Both the position numbers and the translations under genes were made by a program. A DNA stretch of 63,950 nt, filler included, from Reclinomonas americana ATCC 50394 (lineage: Eukaryota): NCBI GenBank assembly GCA_048213135.1. It is 7 parts of 3 records of this genome, joined end to end, with 100 filler letters (N's around TTAATTAATTAA, not from the genome) between each part and the next. Parts side by side here need not be neighbours in the genome. Positions count along the whole stretch, not along the records: positions 33,833 to 44,839 come from PS015028.1; positions 44,940 to 50,333 come from PS015028.1; 5 more parts are not named here. The stretch is one strand, 5' to 3'. Shown here in pieces: positions 35,302-48,400 of this stretch. The notes below the pieces were generated by a model. It was not told the DNA's origin, made no database searches, and saw nothing but the letters and a program-made list of their open reading frames with translations. Each line of letters opens with the position of its first letter. Positions within the stretch are counted from its first letter, which is position 1.

Positions 35302-38300
35302 GCCATTGACAAGATCCGCTACATGAGCCTGACCGATCCGTCGGTGCTGGCGGGCGAGCCGGAGCTGCGCATCCGCCTCATCCCCAACAAGGAGGCCAAG
35401 ACGCTGACCATTGAGGATGTTGCGTCACTCGCTACATTAAGTTGATTTATTTTCAGCCGAGCTCACCTCCTTCNNNNNNNNNNNNNNNNNNNNNNNNNNN
35501 NNNNNNNNNNNNNNNNNNNNNNNNNNNNNNNNNNNNNNNNNNNNNNNNNNNNNNNNNNNNNNNNNNNNNNNNNNNNNNNNNNNNNNNNNNNNNNNNNNNN
35601 NNNNNNNNNNNNNNNNNNNNNNNNNNNNNNNNNNNNNNNNNNNNNNNNNNNNNNNNNNNNNNNNNNNNNNNNNNNNNNNNNNNNNNNNNNNNNNNNNNNN
35701 NNNNNNNNNNNNNNNNNNNNNNNNNNNNNNNNNNNNNNNNNNNNNNNNNNNNNNNNNNNNNNNNNNNNNNNNNNNNNNNNNNNNNNNNNNNNNNNNNNNN
35801 NNNNNNNNNNNNNNNNNNNNNNNNNNNNNNNNNNNNNTCCTTCTCCACCGCAGTCGGGTATCGGCATGACCAAGGCCGACCTGGTGAACAACCTCGGTAC
35901 GATTGCGCGCTCGGGCACGCGTGCGTTTATGGAGGCGCTGTCGGCTGGCGCCGATGTGAGCATGATTGGCCAGTTTGGTGTCGGTTTCTACTCGGCATAC
36001 CTGGTGGCGGAGAACGTGCGTGTGTTCACCAAGCACAACGACGACGAGCAGCTGTTGTGGGAGTCGTCGGCCGGCGGCACCTTCACCATTCAGCCCGACA
36101 CGGATAGCCCGCGCCTCGGCCGTGGCACCCGCATTGTGCTGTACTTGAAGGACGACCAATTGGAGTTCCTGGAGGAGCGCAAGATCAAGGACCTGGTCAA
36201 GAAGCACTCGCAGTTCATCCAATACCCCATCTACTTGCTGACCAGCAAGGAGAAGGAGGTGGAGGTCGAGGAGGAGAAGGAGACACCGAAGGGNNNNNNN
36301 NNNNNNNNNNNNNNNNNNNNNNNNNNNNNNNNNNNNNNNNNNNNNNNNNNNNNNNNNNNNNNNNNNNNNNNNNNNNNNNNNNNNNNNNNNNNNNNNNNNN
36401 NNNNNNNNNNNNNNNNNNNNNNNNNNNNNNNTGACGAGGAGGAGGGCGACAAGCCGAAGATTGAGGAGGTGGACGAGGACGAGGAGAAGGACAAGACGAA
36501 GAAGAAGGAGAAGCGCGTGGAGACCTCGTGGGAGCAGCTGAACAAGGAGAAGCCGCTGTGGCTGCGCGACCCGAAGGACGTCAAGAAGGAGGAGTACTCG
36601 GCGTTCTACAAGGGTTTGTTCTTGTTGCTCCCTTCCTTTTTTTCTCTTGTCACTGACTGCTCACCGCTTCCGCTTCCCCCCCTCTGGGCAGCGNNNNNNN
36701 NNNNNNNNNNNNNNNNNNNNNNNNNNNNNNNNNNNNNNNNNNNNNNNNNNNNNNNNNNNNNNNNNNNNNNNNNNNNNNNNNNNNNNNNNNNNNNNNNNNN
36801 NNNNNNNNNNNNNNNNNNNNNNNNNNNNNNNNNNNNNNNNNNNNNNNNNNNNNNNNNNNNNNNNNNNNNNNNNNNNNNNNNNNNNNNNNNNNNNNNNNNN
36901 NNNNNNNNNNNNNNNNNNNNNNNNNNNNNNNNNNNNNNNNNNNNNNNNNNNNNNNNNNNNNNNNNNNNNNNNNNNNNNNNNNNNNNNNNNNNNNNNNNNN
37001 NNNNNNNNNNNNNNNNNNNNNNNNNNNNNNNNNNNNNNNNNNNNNNNNNNNNNNNNNNNNNNNNNNNNNNNNNNNNNNNNNNNNNNNNNNNNNNNNNNNN
37101 NNNNNNNNNNNNNNNNNNNNNNNNNNNNNNNNNNNNNNNNNNNNNNNNNNNNNNNNNNNNNNNNNNNNNNNNNNNNNNNNNNNNNNNNNNNNNNNNNNNN
37201 NNNNNNNNNNNNNNNNNNNNNNNNNNNNNNNNNNNNNNNNNNNNNNNNNNNNNNNNNNNNNNNNNNNNNNNNNNNNNNNNNNNNNNNNNNNNNNNNNNNN
37301 NNNNNNNNNNNNNNNNNNNNNNNNNNNNNNNNNNNNNNNNNNNNNNNNNGGGTGAAAATGAGTGGTTACGAAACTCTCGTTGAAGAGCTCCAGGCACTTC
37401 TTGACGAGGTTGCGGCGAATGACCTTGAGCACGCGGTTCTGCTGCAGCATTTCACGAGAAATGTTGAGCGGCAGATCCTCCGAGTCGACCAGACCCTTGA
37501 CGAAGCCGAGCCACTCCGGAATCAGCTCCTCGCAGTTGTCCATGATGAACACGCGGCGCACGTACAGCTTGAGGTTGTTGTTCTTCTTGCGCGGCTCAAA
37601 CATGTCGAAGGGGGCACGCTTCGGCACAAAGAGCAGGGCGCGGAAGTCCAGCTGGCCCTCGACGGCAAAGTGCTTGACCGCCAAGTGCTCCTCCCAGTCG
37701 TTGGTCAGNNNNNNNNNNNNNNNNNNNNCCTCCATTTTTTCTTGTTCTTCTTGCTCATCTTCCCGCCGTTACTTGCGCACAGTTTCGGAGAACAAGGAGG
37801 ACTACGAGAAGTTCTACGAGCAGTTCTCGAAGAACATCAAGCTCGGCATCCACGAGGACGCCGACAACCGCAAGAAGCTGGCCGAGCTGCTGCGCTACTA
37901 CTCGACGGCGTCGGAGGATCAGGTGACCTCGCTGGCCGACTACGTGACTCGCATGCCGGAGGGCCAGAAGGACATCTACTTCATCACGGGCGAGAGCAAG
38001 AAGGCCGTGGAGAAGTCGCCGTTCATTGAGGCTTGCCGCGCCCGCAACTACGAGGTGCTCTTCATGACCGAGCCGATTGACGAGTACTGCGTCCAGCAGC
38101 TCAAGGAGTACGAGGGCCACAAGCTGGTCTGCGTCACCAAGGAGGGCCTGGAGTTCGAGGACTCTGAGGAGGAGAAGGCGCGCAAGGAGGAGGAGAAGGC
38201 CAGCTTCGAGAGCCTCTGCACCACCATGAAGGGTTTGTCTCCACTGGCTCACTCTCTTTTCTCACTCTTGTTGCTGACGACTCACCACCTCTCTCGCTTT

Positions 38301-38780
38301 CGTCAACCTCGCGCAGAGATCCTCGGAGAGCGCGTGGAGAAGGTCAAGCTGTCGGACCGCATTGTCGACTCACCGGCGGTGTTGGTGACTGGCCAGTACG
38401 GCTGGACGGCGAACATGGAGCGCATCATGAAGGCGCAGGCGCTGCGCGACAACACCATGGCCACCTACATGGTGTCGAAGAAGACGCTGGAGATCAACCC
38501 GCACCACCCGATCATTGCGGAGCTGCGCAACAAGGCCACCGCCGACAAGGGCGACAAGACCGTGCGCGACCTCATTTTCCTGCTGTTCGACACGGCCCTG
38601 ATCACCTCGGGCTTCAGCCTGGAGGAGCCGACCTCGTACGCCTCACGCATCTACCGCATGATCAAGCTCGGCCTGTCACTCGACGACGATGTGCCAATGG
38701 CCTCGGCCGGCAGCGGCTCGGGCGCACCGCCGTTGGAGCCGGTGGCTGCGGTCGACAATGTGATGGAGGATGTCGACTAA
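35302..38780 (+). CDS. HSP90: Cytosolic heat shock protein 90, multi-exon with gaps
   Basis: [65 protein letters not shown]-terminal MEDVD-TAA (TPR-binding MEEVD-type motif). Confidence 0.97.
37375..37708 (-). CDS. HSP90: HSP90 middle-domain exon (inverted between two N gaps)
   Basis: [38 protein letters not shown]...[11 protein letters not shown]...KKCLELFNE fills exactly the missing part between plus-strand EYSAFYK and ISENKEDY. Confidence 0.95.
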
Positions 38781-38982
38781 TGGGAAGGGTGTTTGTTTGA
38801 GAATGAAGGAGGAAGAAACATTAGGTTGACGTCTTGATGATGATGCAGCAGCGATTGCGTTGCTTCCATTATTCCATCGCCGTATACGAGAGAAACAGTG
38901 TCTCTGGCTTGGAGAGCGCAAAAGAGGCCTCTCCTCAGGCACGCACTTGATGCGGGTGCGATCAAACGAGGGCGGCGTGGAA

Positions 38983-41067
38983 TCAGCGCGACACGAGATG
39001 CAGATGGAGTTGTCCGTCTACGGTCTTTACCGTCTCGCCGCCTGCGTGAGACCGAGAACAAACGTGAGATTGGTGGCGTCGAGGTCAAGGGTGCAAGGCA
39101 CTGCCAACCTCGTTGCATCTGTGGATGCATGGCACGCATGACACTTGTGCCGAGAGCTTGCGCAGCGCTGATCACCGCACGTGTGACCGCATCCACCAGC
39201 CACCACGTCCCGTACATGCTGGCCTGCGAGGGAGGTGAGCGATACACGCCAAGGGAGGGAACTGCGGAGAGAACACTGCAGCGCACCGACACGGCCCAGT
39301 AGAAACCAAAGTGCAGCACCAACGTCGGCACCAAACACAACAGCACCGCAAGCAAGAGTGCTCCCAGCGCCAGTGCGTCCACGCCGGGATCGCAACTGTC
39401 CACGCGGTTCTTCAGAACGTTGTACTTGCTCCCTGCATAGAACACAATCAGCAAGACAACTCCTTCACAAGAAGGATGGACTCGCACACAAACCCGACAG
39501 CAGACGAGTGAGCGTGCGCAGCACCGACACGGCGACCCACGACAGCCGCACAAAGAGCACCGAGAGCAGCCGCAGCGGCAGCAGGGCCAGCAGCACCATG
39601 TCGACAGCCGAGCAAGCGGCAACACGCAGACCCACCACCCAGCCGACCAGCGCCGCTGCCAGTGCGGTCGCTTCTGTTCCGAATCGGTGATGCAGGAGCA
39701 CCGCCGCGGGCGGCAGCCACCCGAACAGGGTGGCGACGTAGGCTGTTCGCGAAAGAAGGGTGAGAGAAGGAGTGATGTGAGGCGGTGTGTGAGAACGCGA
39801 CTCACTGCGTGCAAACTCCATGGTCTCGGTGGTCATGCCGATCAGAAAGCCGTTGAGTGGCTCATTCGGCTTGAAGCCAGCCGGTGTGTGCCGGAACTGC
39901 TCCATCAAACCCTGTGTCATTCGCGGAACGTGCTCCCCGAACGTGTGTGTCGCCCACGGAAGCCACGTCTGCACGCACACAATTTATGGCGATGAGGAGT
40001 TGTGATGTGAGCGGGGGAACATCCATTGCTTCTCCGAACCGTGGCTGTGTGGCACAGGCACACAAAGAGGAGTGCGCCACACACGGAATCCATCACTGCC
40101 GAGCACACAAAGCCGGCAGAGGCGACAAACACGTTGAAGAACTGCGGCACACTCTGCATCGCCACTGATAAGGAGAAGGGCACTCGGTGCGTCTTTCTTT
40201 CAGGCATCGAACCTTGCGCGAGTGTCGAGAGCGGAGGGCAGCATAGCACGCGTGCCAGCGGGAAAGCATCTCGCGCACGGCAGTGGCGGAGCGGCCAAGG
40301 AAGAAATCAGTGAGTCGGGCGCCAATGGAGCTCGTTTTCTCCGCAGCACCGGCCACAGGGATGCCGGCGCTCTGCGTGGAGAGAAAAAGGAGGTTAAGCG
40401 ATTGGCTGGGAGGATCACTCACACATCTCACAGCGCGCGCACCTGCGGCGACCACAGACCACACCAGCTGGCAATGCGAAACAACACATGCGCGAGATGC
40501 ACCTGCACCATCCAGCGCACCCAAGGCGGAAAGCGCAACAACTGTGGACACACAGTGAGGTGGCAGTGGACAACGCATGCAGAAAGACGGAAGAGTCACC
40601 CTCGTCGCCGGAGTGCGCGACTGTCGCAACGCGACTCGCACCGACGGCACCAGCCGCACCTGTTGCGCACATGAGTGAGTGGGCGATTGTGAGCACAATG
40701 CATGAAGACGCATACCCTCGACAGCATCCACTCCCACTGCTCCACACTCTCCTTGTCCTCCTCCTCCTCTCCCTGCAACGCCGCCTGCACATTATCAAAC
40801 ACCGCCTGCTGCCCATCGCTCGTTTCCACGCACAATCTGCACACTCCCTCCTCAGCACAATCACACCGCTCACACACCGCCCACAAAAGGCAACGCAACG
40901 GCGCCTCCAGTGCAGTGAACCGACACGTGACCTCAGCAGCATCAAACCACAACGTCGATGCCTCATCGTCCGCCCCCAAGAGCACCGTTCCATTGTCGAG
41001 CATGGCCACAGTCGATGACACAACGCGACCAATCACCTCACACAGATTATCCGCTGCATGTGTGTGT

Positions 41068-41111
<44 letters not shown>

Positions 41112-41180
41112 GGAGGAGGAGGAGACGACGCATAGCGACACACACCTACCGTCGTCGTCGTCGTCGACACGACGGCGACC
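38983..41180 (-). CDS. PIGQ: GPI-GlcNAc transferase subunit PIG-Q/GPI1, multi-exon (start approximate)
   Basis: TPAGFKPNEPLNGFL and GSKYNVLKNRVDSCDPGVDALALGALLLAVLLCLVPTL match the conserved Gpi1 motifs (PAGLK.N..L..FL; GKK.N.LR.RVDS); multiple TM-like segments. Confidence 0.85.
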
Positions 41181-41506
41181 AACCAACCGACCGACAACAA
41201 CTAAGTACGTAACCTACNNNNNNNNNNNNNNNNNNNNNNNNNNNNNNNNNNNNNNNNNNNNNNNNNNNNNNNNNNNNNNNNNNNNNNNNNNNNNNNNNNN
41301 NNNNNNNNNNNNNNNNNNNNNNNNNNNNNNNNNNNNNNNNNNNNNNNNNNNNNNNNNNNNNNNNNNNNNNNNNNNNNNNNNNNNNNNNNNNNNNNNNNNN
41401 NNNGTACGACGTACGACGACGTACGACGTACGACGACGACGACACGTACGTCGTACGTCGTACGTCGTACGTACGTACGTACGTACGTACGTACGTACGT
41501 ACGTAC

Positions 41507-41514
<8 letters not shown>

Positions 41515-41577
<63 letters not shown>
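41515..41577 (+). repeat. (AG)n microsatellite; others at 41068-41108 and (TC)n at 50437-50521
   Basis: Perfect dinucleotide runs, often next to assembly gaps. Confidence 0.95.
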
Positions 41578-41582
<5 letters not shown>

Positions 41583-41919
41583 ACAGGGAGAGACGCATGC
41601 ACACACACCTCGCTGCGTTGCACACGCGGCAACCACAACCGCACACAATGTACCATCGCGCGACTGCCAACTCGCGTTGTGTGAGAGAGATGATGTGAGA
41701 AGATACATATGTGCACACGTGCGCGCGCAACATATCGTCGCCAGCCGAGCACGTGATCGCCGGCCGCGAGCTGCACATCGCGCGCCACTGCACACAACAT
41801 CGCAAAGTCGATGTCGACCCTTGTCCAGAAGCACGTTGTAAGACATCAGTCGGTGCCACCGGTGTCCATCACTCGCTGCCACGTGTCATTTTCCCATTTT
41901 CTTCCGCGTGCGAGAGGAG

Positions 41920-43099
41920 ATGACGTCGACACGGTGGTCTCTCTCTGTGTTGCTGCTGGTGCTGCTTGCCGTGGCGTTGGTGGCCGAGGCGCAGCGCACT
42001 CCGCGCCACTCGGTGCCTGTCACACCGCAGCAGGATAACGAGGATCAGGTGAAGCCCGCGGAGCAAGACGATGAGCAGTTCATTGGTATGCCTGACAGTG
42101 AAGAGAAAGAGCGTGCACGTTGTCTCTCTTGTGTGCGTATGTGCAACTGACTTCTGTTGTGTTTTTGCAGAGCACTTGAACAAGTTCCCTCCGCTGCGAT
42201 CGCTGACCGAGTCGGCGCTGAAGAAGTGGATGAAGCCAAAGGGCCCGCAGGATGTTGGCATTCTCCTGCTGTTGCGTCTTGCTCCACTCGTTGCTTTCTG
42301 TTTGCGTATGTGACGCATGCACGTGGCAATGGCGCGCAAACCAAACCACCGAAAACACACACACGCTCTTTGTCTCTCTCTCATTCTCTCTCCGTCACTC
42401 TGTCTCTCTGCGCATGTGCGTTTCGTCGAGCACAGACTCTGCGTGTTGATATTTCCGCTGACAACTCGCCTGCATTTTCGTGCAGTACGGCGAGTGATCG
42501 CAAGCTGTGCGACATTTGCCGCACGCGCGAGGATATGATCCGCCAGCTGCAGATCGAGCACGCAGTGTACCGCTGTGCGATGATCGATGTGCCCAAGTAC
42601 AACGAGACCATGGTGGCCTTCAACCAGGCCAGCCCCTTCTTTGGTCCGATCTCCCACCAAAAGATGATGATCCCGTCCGTGTGGGTCGTTCGGTGCGTCG
42701 CAGTCGTCGCCTCTATCTGCTGTTGGTCCTTTGTCTCACGTGTGTGTACGCGTGACAGTGAGGGTGTGGCGCGTCCGTGGCAGATGGACTGGTTCCAGCC
42801 GCAAAAGTTGAGAGCGAGTCGTGGCAAAGGAAGCGATTATGTGTGTGGAGGTACTGACTCTGCGTGTGTTGATAGGGCGGTCGATTACTTCCAGGCGCTG
42901 GGTGCTGGACAACCAGTGTACGAGATCAAGGACGAGGACGACGAGATTGCGTTTGGCCGTGCGGTCGCCGATGCCCGTGTGGTGGCGTACATTGACCCTG
43001 CGAAGCCGGAGCGTTGCGTCGTCCACCCTCCTGCGCTGCTTGTTGTTGAAAAGTGGCCCTCACGTACATACACAGACCTGGAGACGTTCACCCGCGTGG
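41920..43099 (+). CDS. Protein disulfide-isomerase family protein, 5' half (signal peptide, first thioredoxin-like domain with CDIC)
   Basis: Signal MTSTRWSLSVLLLVLLAVALVAEA; spliced RKLCDICRTRED; thioredoxin-like spacing. Confidence 0.6.
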
Positions 43100-43733
43100 N
43101 NNNNNNNNNNNNNNNNNNNNNNNNNNNNNNNNNNNNNNNNNNNNNNNNNNNNNNNNNNNNNNNNNNNNNNNNNNNNNNNNNNNNNNNNNNNNNNNNNNNN
43201 NNNNNNNNNNNNNNNNNNNNNNNNNNNNNNNNNNNNNNNNNNNNNNNNNNNNNNNNNNNNNNNNNNNNNNNNNNNNNNNNNNNNNNNNNNNNNNNNNNNN
43301 NNNNNNNNNNNNNNNNNNNNNNNNNNNNNNNNNNNNNNNNNNNNNNNNNNNNNNNNNNNNNNNNNNNNNNNNNNNNNNNNNNNNNNNNNNNNNNNNNNNN
43401 NNNNNNNNNNNNNNNNNNNNNNNNNNNNNNNNNNNNNNNNNNNNNNNNNNNNNNNNNNNNNNNNNNNNNNNNNNNNNNNNNNNNNNNNNNNNNNNNNNNN
43501 NNNNNNNNNNNNNNNNNNNNNNNNNNNNNNNNNNNNNNNNNNNNNNNNNNNNNNNNNNNNNNNNNNNNNNNNNNNNNNNNNNNNNNNNNNNNNNNNNNNN
43601 NNNNNNNNNNNNNNNNNNNNNNNNNNNNNNNNNNNNNNNNNNNNNNNNNNNNNNNNNNNNNNNNNNNNNNNNNNNNNNNNNNNNNNNNNNNNNNNNNNNN
43701 NNNNNNNNNNNNNNNNNNNNNNNNNNNNNNNNN

Positions 43734-44839
43734 AAAAAAAAGAGAGGCAGCACACAGCACGCACCGGTTGTTACGGATAAACTGCAGCAGCTCTTCGACC
43801 TTGTGCGTCTTGCCACGGTACTGCACCGGCTCAAAGTCCGACTCCGGGTCCACAAAGGCCGGGTACAGCAGGAAGGCGGGCACACGCTCAATCTCCACCT
43901 CCGACGGCAGATCGTTGTGCTGAATGTTCATGTGGGCCACCACCACATTCGGGTCGTTCTTCAGGGTCTTGGCCACCTGCATGCCGAGATAGAAGGAATT
44001 GAGCATCATCATCATCATCATCATTGTTTGCATGACGCGCTGCTCACCTCGAAGAACGTGGGGCGGACTTGATGGCACAGGGCGCAGTTGTCGCGCCACA
44101 GGTACACAAACACGTCCTTCTCCTCGTCCATGGTGACCTTGTTGTAGGTCTTGAAGACCAGCTCACGAGCGTGCGTGTCCTCCTCGTCGTCGTCCTCCGG
44201 CAGCGGGGCGGAGCGCTTGGACGGCTTCAGCTTCAGGTCAAAGAAGTCGTCAATCCACCGCGAGATGGACGGGCCACCGAGCTCGCCGTCGTACTGGTAC
44301 ACGCGCTGCATGTCCTTGTGCACCAACACCAAACGTGGCAGATCGTCGAGATCCACACCCAGCGTCATGGCGAACGGCGTGTACAGCGCAGCGTCGACAA
44401 TACCAGCGTCGAACTCCTCGTTGTGCTTGTTGATCTTGCGGGCGTGCACGGCGGCGTTGAAGAGCTTCTCGACCTTGGCGCGGCCCTTGGCGTCCTTGGA
44501 GTCGAAGAAGCCGACCAGAGCGTGCTTCAGGTTCTTCACCAGGAATGCTGCGGGGCGGGGCGGTTGTGAGAAGGGGGGGAAAGAGGAGGAGGATGACGAC
44601 GACGACGCAACAGTCGGCCCAAGAGGGAGACAGGAAGATGAGCGTGCGGCGGTACATCTTGTGCACGTAGGCCAGCATGTCGTCAAACTTCCACTTGTTG
44701 GCACCCGAGTACTGCGAGCCGGTCTTGCCGTAGTGGGCGTAGAACGAGAGGCTCGGGGTGACGCCACCGGGGGCCAGGCGCGACGCCAACTCGGCGTTGG
44801 TGGTGTAGAAGAAGTCCATCTCGTTGTGCAGCACACGGG
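43734..44839 (-). CDS. PDI-family protein, 3' half (b/b' and a' domains; CALC), inverted relative to the 5' half
   Basis: FFDLKLKPSKRSAPLPE (x-linker), ELVFKTYNKVTMDEEKDVFVYLWRDNCALCHQVRPTFFE|VAKTLKNDPNVVVAHMNIQHNDLP...VPAFLLYP...PVQYRG is a typical PDI a' domain. Confidence 0.85.
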
Positions 44840-45466
44840 NNNNNNNNNNNNNNNNNNNNNNNNNNNNNNNNNNNNNNNNNNNNTTAATTAATTAANNNNN
44901 NNNNNNNNNNNNNNNNNNNNNNNNNNNNNNNNNNNNNNNTTTTCCAAGAAGCTCACACCATTGGTGCAGGAGAACCACGCCGGTCGACACATCGAGGAAG
45001 CGCACGAGGAAGAACGAGGAGCTGTAGTCGCAAACGCCGCAGCACCGCGCAGAGAGTAGACACTGATACACACCTACGCATACCGATAGCGCGTCAAGTT
45101 TTTTTAGTGAAAGTCTCCCAGATTTCCGAGCGACGAAACGGCCATTTTCGATCTGATTGGATAGGATTTATCGATGAGCGCGGGCGACGACCTGTATGCG
45201 CGCTTCCCGCTCCGTGCCGGAAAGCACTCGACATCGGCCGGGCACCTCTTCTCACCAGGCACACTTGCGCCGCGCCACCGCCAAGTCCCCGCACGCACCA
45301 TTCTCGTCAAAGAGTTCTGCGCGCCCGTTTACGATCGCTCGCTCCCTCGTTCGTTTCTCCTCATCTCACACGATCATCGCTCCACAGAGGCGCCTCGGCG
45401 ATCCGCGCGGCCAGCGCACATGTTCATCACCATCAACATCAGCAGCAACGGCAGGAGGAGCCGCAA

Positions 45467-48400
45467 ATGAGTGTGGAAGAGGCCACGACGATGCTGTTGC
45501 AACACAAGCGCGAACCCGTGCTTAAGCGCGCTCACTCGCATGCCTTGCAGCGCGCCAACACCACCGCCGCGGGTATGTGTCTGCGTGAGAGAGGGAGAGG
45601 GAGAGGAAAGGAGGAGTGATTGTTAACATGGTGTTTGTATGCAGGCGGTGGAACCGATTTGCAGCGCGTCGCGGCGGTGTATGGCGAGGGCGTCGAAGGT
45701 TTGCGATCGCTGCCTCTTCCTCTCTCTCACACACCACCTTCTGTTCTCACTCATGTGCTGCGCAGCGCCACCGGCTCGTCGACTGACACACGAGCTGCAT
45801 CGTTCGCGAACGGCGCCTGGTGGACGCCGCCCTTCGCCGTCGCAGGTACTGGGGTCGGCACAGATCGCCGCTGCGATGCGCAACGCGCTGGGTGATTCGG
45901 CAAAGCGGTTGGGCGTCGGCGACGATGATGATGACGACGGCGCCGCCGACGACGAGGTGCGCGGTCGACTCACGTCGGGCATGATCTTGGGTTCGCACGT
46001 GCGACCGGCGCCACGGGTACGTGTGTGCCGCCGCTGCTGTGTCGTGAGAGCGTGGCATTCGATCCTCACTGTGTTTCTTCGGCGCAGTCCGCATCATTAA
46101 CGCGATCCGGCGCAGTGTCGCCCGAACCATCGTTGCCACTGCCGCCTCGCTCGAGTTCAGCACTCGGCCACACCGCAAGCGACGCACTGCGCAATGCACC
46201 GCGGCTGTCGTCCAAGCAGAATTCGTGGGCCACCGCGCACGCGGCATGGAAGGGCGGCAGTGCAGCAACGGCAGCAGCAGCGGCAAGCGGACCACAGCCG
46301 TTACCGTTTCCAGATCACGCCGCTGAAGGAGTCGATGCTGTCGGCGATGGTGGCTACGGCGGTGGTGGAGGTGGTGATTCGTCATCGTCGTCACGGCGGT
46401 CGAGTGCGCGCACCGTGCCTCTGATGGCCAACTCCACGAAGAGCACACGACAGGCGCGTTCGGCGTCCTCGACTGGCGACCGCGGACGACGTCCGTCGAC
46501 CTCCAGTGCGAGTCGATCAGCTGTCGCCGCCACCGGAGCAGCAGGAGCTGCACAGGGCGAGGAGCGCATGTCGGCGGCAGCAGTGGAGCGACAGAGTCGA
46601 CTGTTGAAGACTCGCAGTGCCAGCTCGGCGTTGGTGCGCGGCACCGGCGCCAAGCCCTCTTCTTCGACGCAGTCACGGCGCACCAACAGTGACGATCGTG
46701 GTGCGTTTCTGTCGCAGACTCGCAGTGGGGGCCGCTTTGCCGGCGCAACCGAGGACGATGATGATGTGGTGGTGGGCGGTGAACGTGACGACGATGACTA
46801 CGGCGATGACTACAGTGGCGGTGACGATGGCGTTGACGACGATGGCGACGGTGGTGGTGTGGTGATGGCATCGGCAGACAATGTGAAACCGGGTGTTGTG
46901 TTGGAGCAGTATCGCTGGCTGCGGGAGGAGAAGGAGTCACGGAGGGACAACAGTGGCAGAGTGCAGCCGCCGCCTCGGCGTGCTCAGACTGCTATCGGCT
47001 TCACTCGTCCATCGTTGGATGAGCGTGCTTTGTCGGCTGCCGGATCGTTGTCTGGTGTGGACGACATACTGCCTCCGCCACTCGAGTCGCGCTCACGCAC
47101 ACCATCACCGCCACCACCACCGTCTGCGGAAACACTGGCGGCACTGCGATGCAGTTTGCGCGAAGCGTTGCTGGGTACCAGTGTCAGCAGTGCATCCGCT
47201 CTCCTGCTCTCCTCGACAACGACCACCACCACGGCACCTCCGGCGGCCGTCGGCCCTGCCAATGCTGTTGGCACGGTCATGGGTATGCAAAAGGCGCGAC
47301 CGGGGACGGCGGGATGGAAGGGCACCGGTGGTGGTGGTGGCAGTGGCGGGGGCGGGAGTGGTGAAGTAAGTGGCATTGAGCGGATGCAGCTGTCGCCGTC
47401 ATCGTCGCCGCCGTCGACACCGGGTGCGCGCCTGTTGGCCACGCTGTTGCAGGAGGGTCCGATTGTGGCGCGCGAGAAGGTGAATGGGTCGCTTCGGCGA
47501 CCACAGAGTGGCCAGTTTCTGCAGCAGCAGGTTCGCGAGCGGCAACGGGCACACGAGTCGCTCCTGCTGCACAGTGAGCAGGAGGAGGAGAGGCAGCTGG
47601 CGGCGATTCTGCAAGATCGACGCAACTCGGACCTTGCATTCATCAAGCTGTCGCACGGTTGGTGATGCCGCGAGTCGTCGAGCATTGCTTCCTCTCCCCC
47701 CCTCTTACCCTTCGACCGCGATCCGCAGAGTTTTCCACCATGCGGAAGCGTGTCGCCGTGCTGAGTGGCAAGCTGACGGGTCTGGTGGAGAGCTTGCGCG
47801 AAGTGTGCCCCTACTGTGATTTCGTGGAGATTGCCGCGGATGAAGGTGCGCTGCAAGCATATTATTCTTTGCCTTTTTTCGTGCTTGCTTCTCACATTCG
47901 CCGCGGCAGAGGAGAGCTCGGCGGCGGAGAAGCTGAGGACGGTGGAGATTGCCATTGGCAGTCCTGCACGACTGGCGCCCCTGATGAAGCATGCGTCGAA
48001 TCTCAAGGTTGGTCCGCACAGTCACGTGCACACATCATTGGCCTTGCTTTTGTAATGACATGTACGTTGCGCAGTGGTTCCAGGCCACCACGGCCGGTGT
48101 CGATGCCCTGATGCAGCAACACCGTGCGGATCGAGAGCAACTGGCCGAATTGACACGCAGGAAGAATGAGCTGCTGGCCGAGTTGGCGACACGCACTGCC
48201 GACTTGGAGGCACGCAAGGCCAAGTTGGAGGAGGCGCTGTCGGCCACTGCGCCGGCGGTGGAGGAAGCCATGGCACTGCTGGCATCCATCGAGAAGAGAT
48301 ATCACGACGAGTCGCGCTCATTGACGAATCCCCCGGAGGCTGTGCGTGCGTGCTTGCTGGCCGTGTGCGCCGTGATGAATGATTTCAGTACGCCGGTGGA

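Noticed and set aside
41404-41512. (TACG)n / GTAC-rich palindromic tandem repeat
   Set aside because: Sits at a contig edge next to an (AG)n run and matches the TACG flow-order noise typical of degraded pyrosequencing read ends; probably an artefact.
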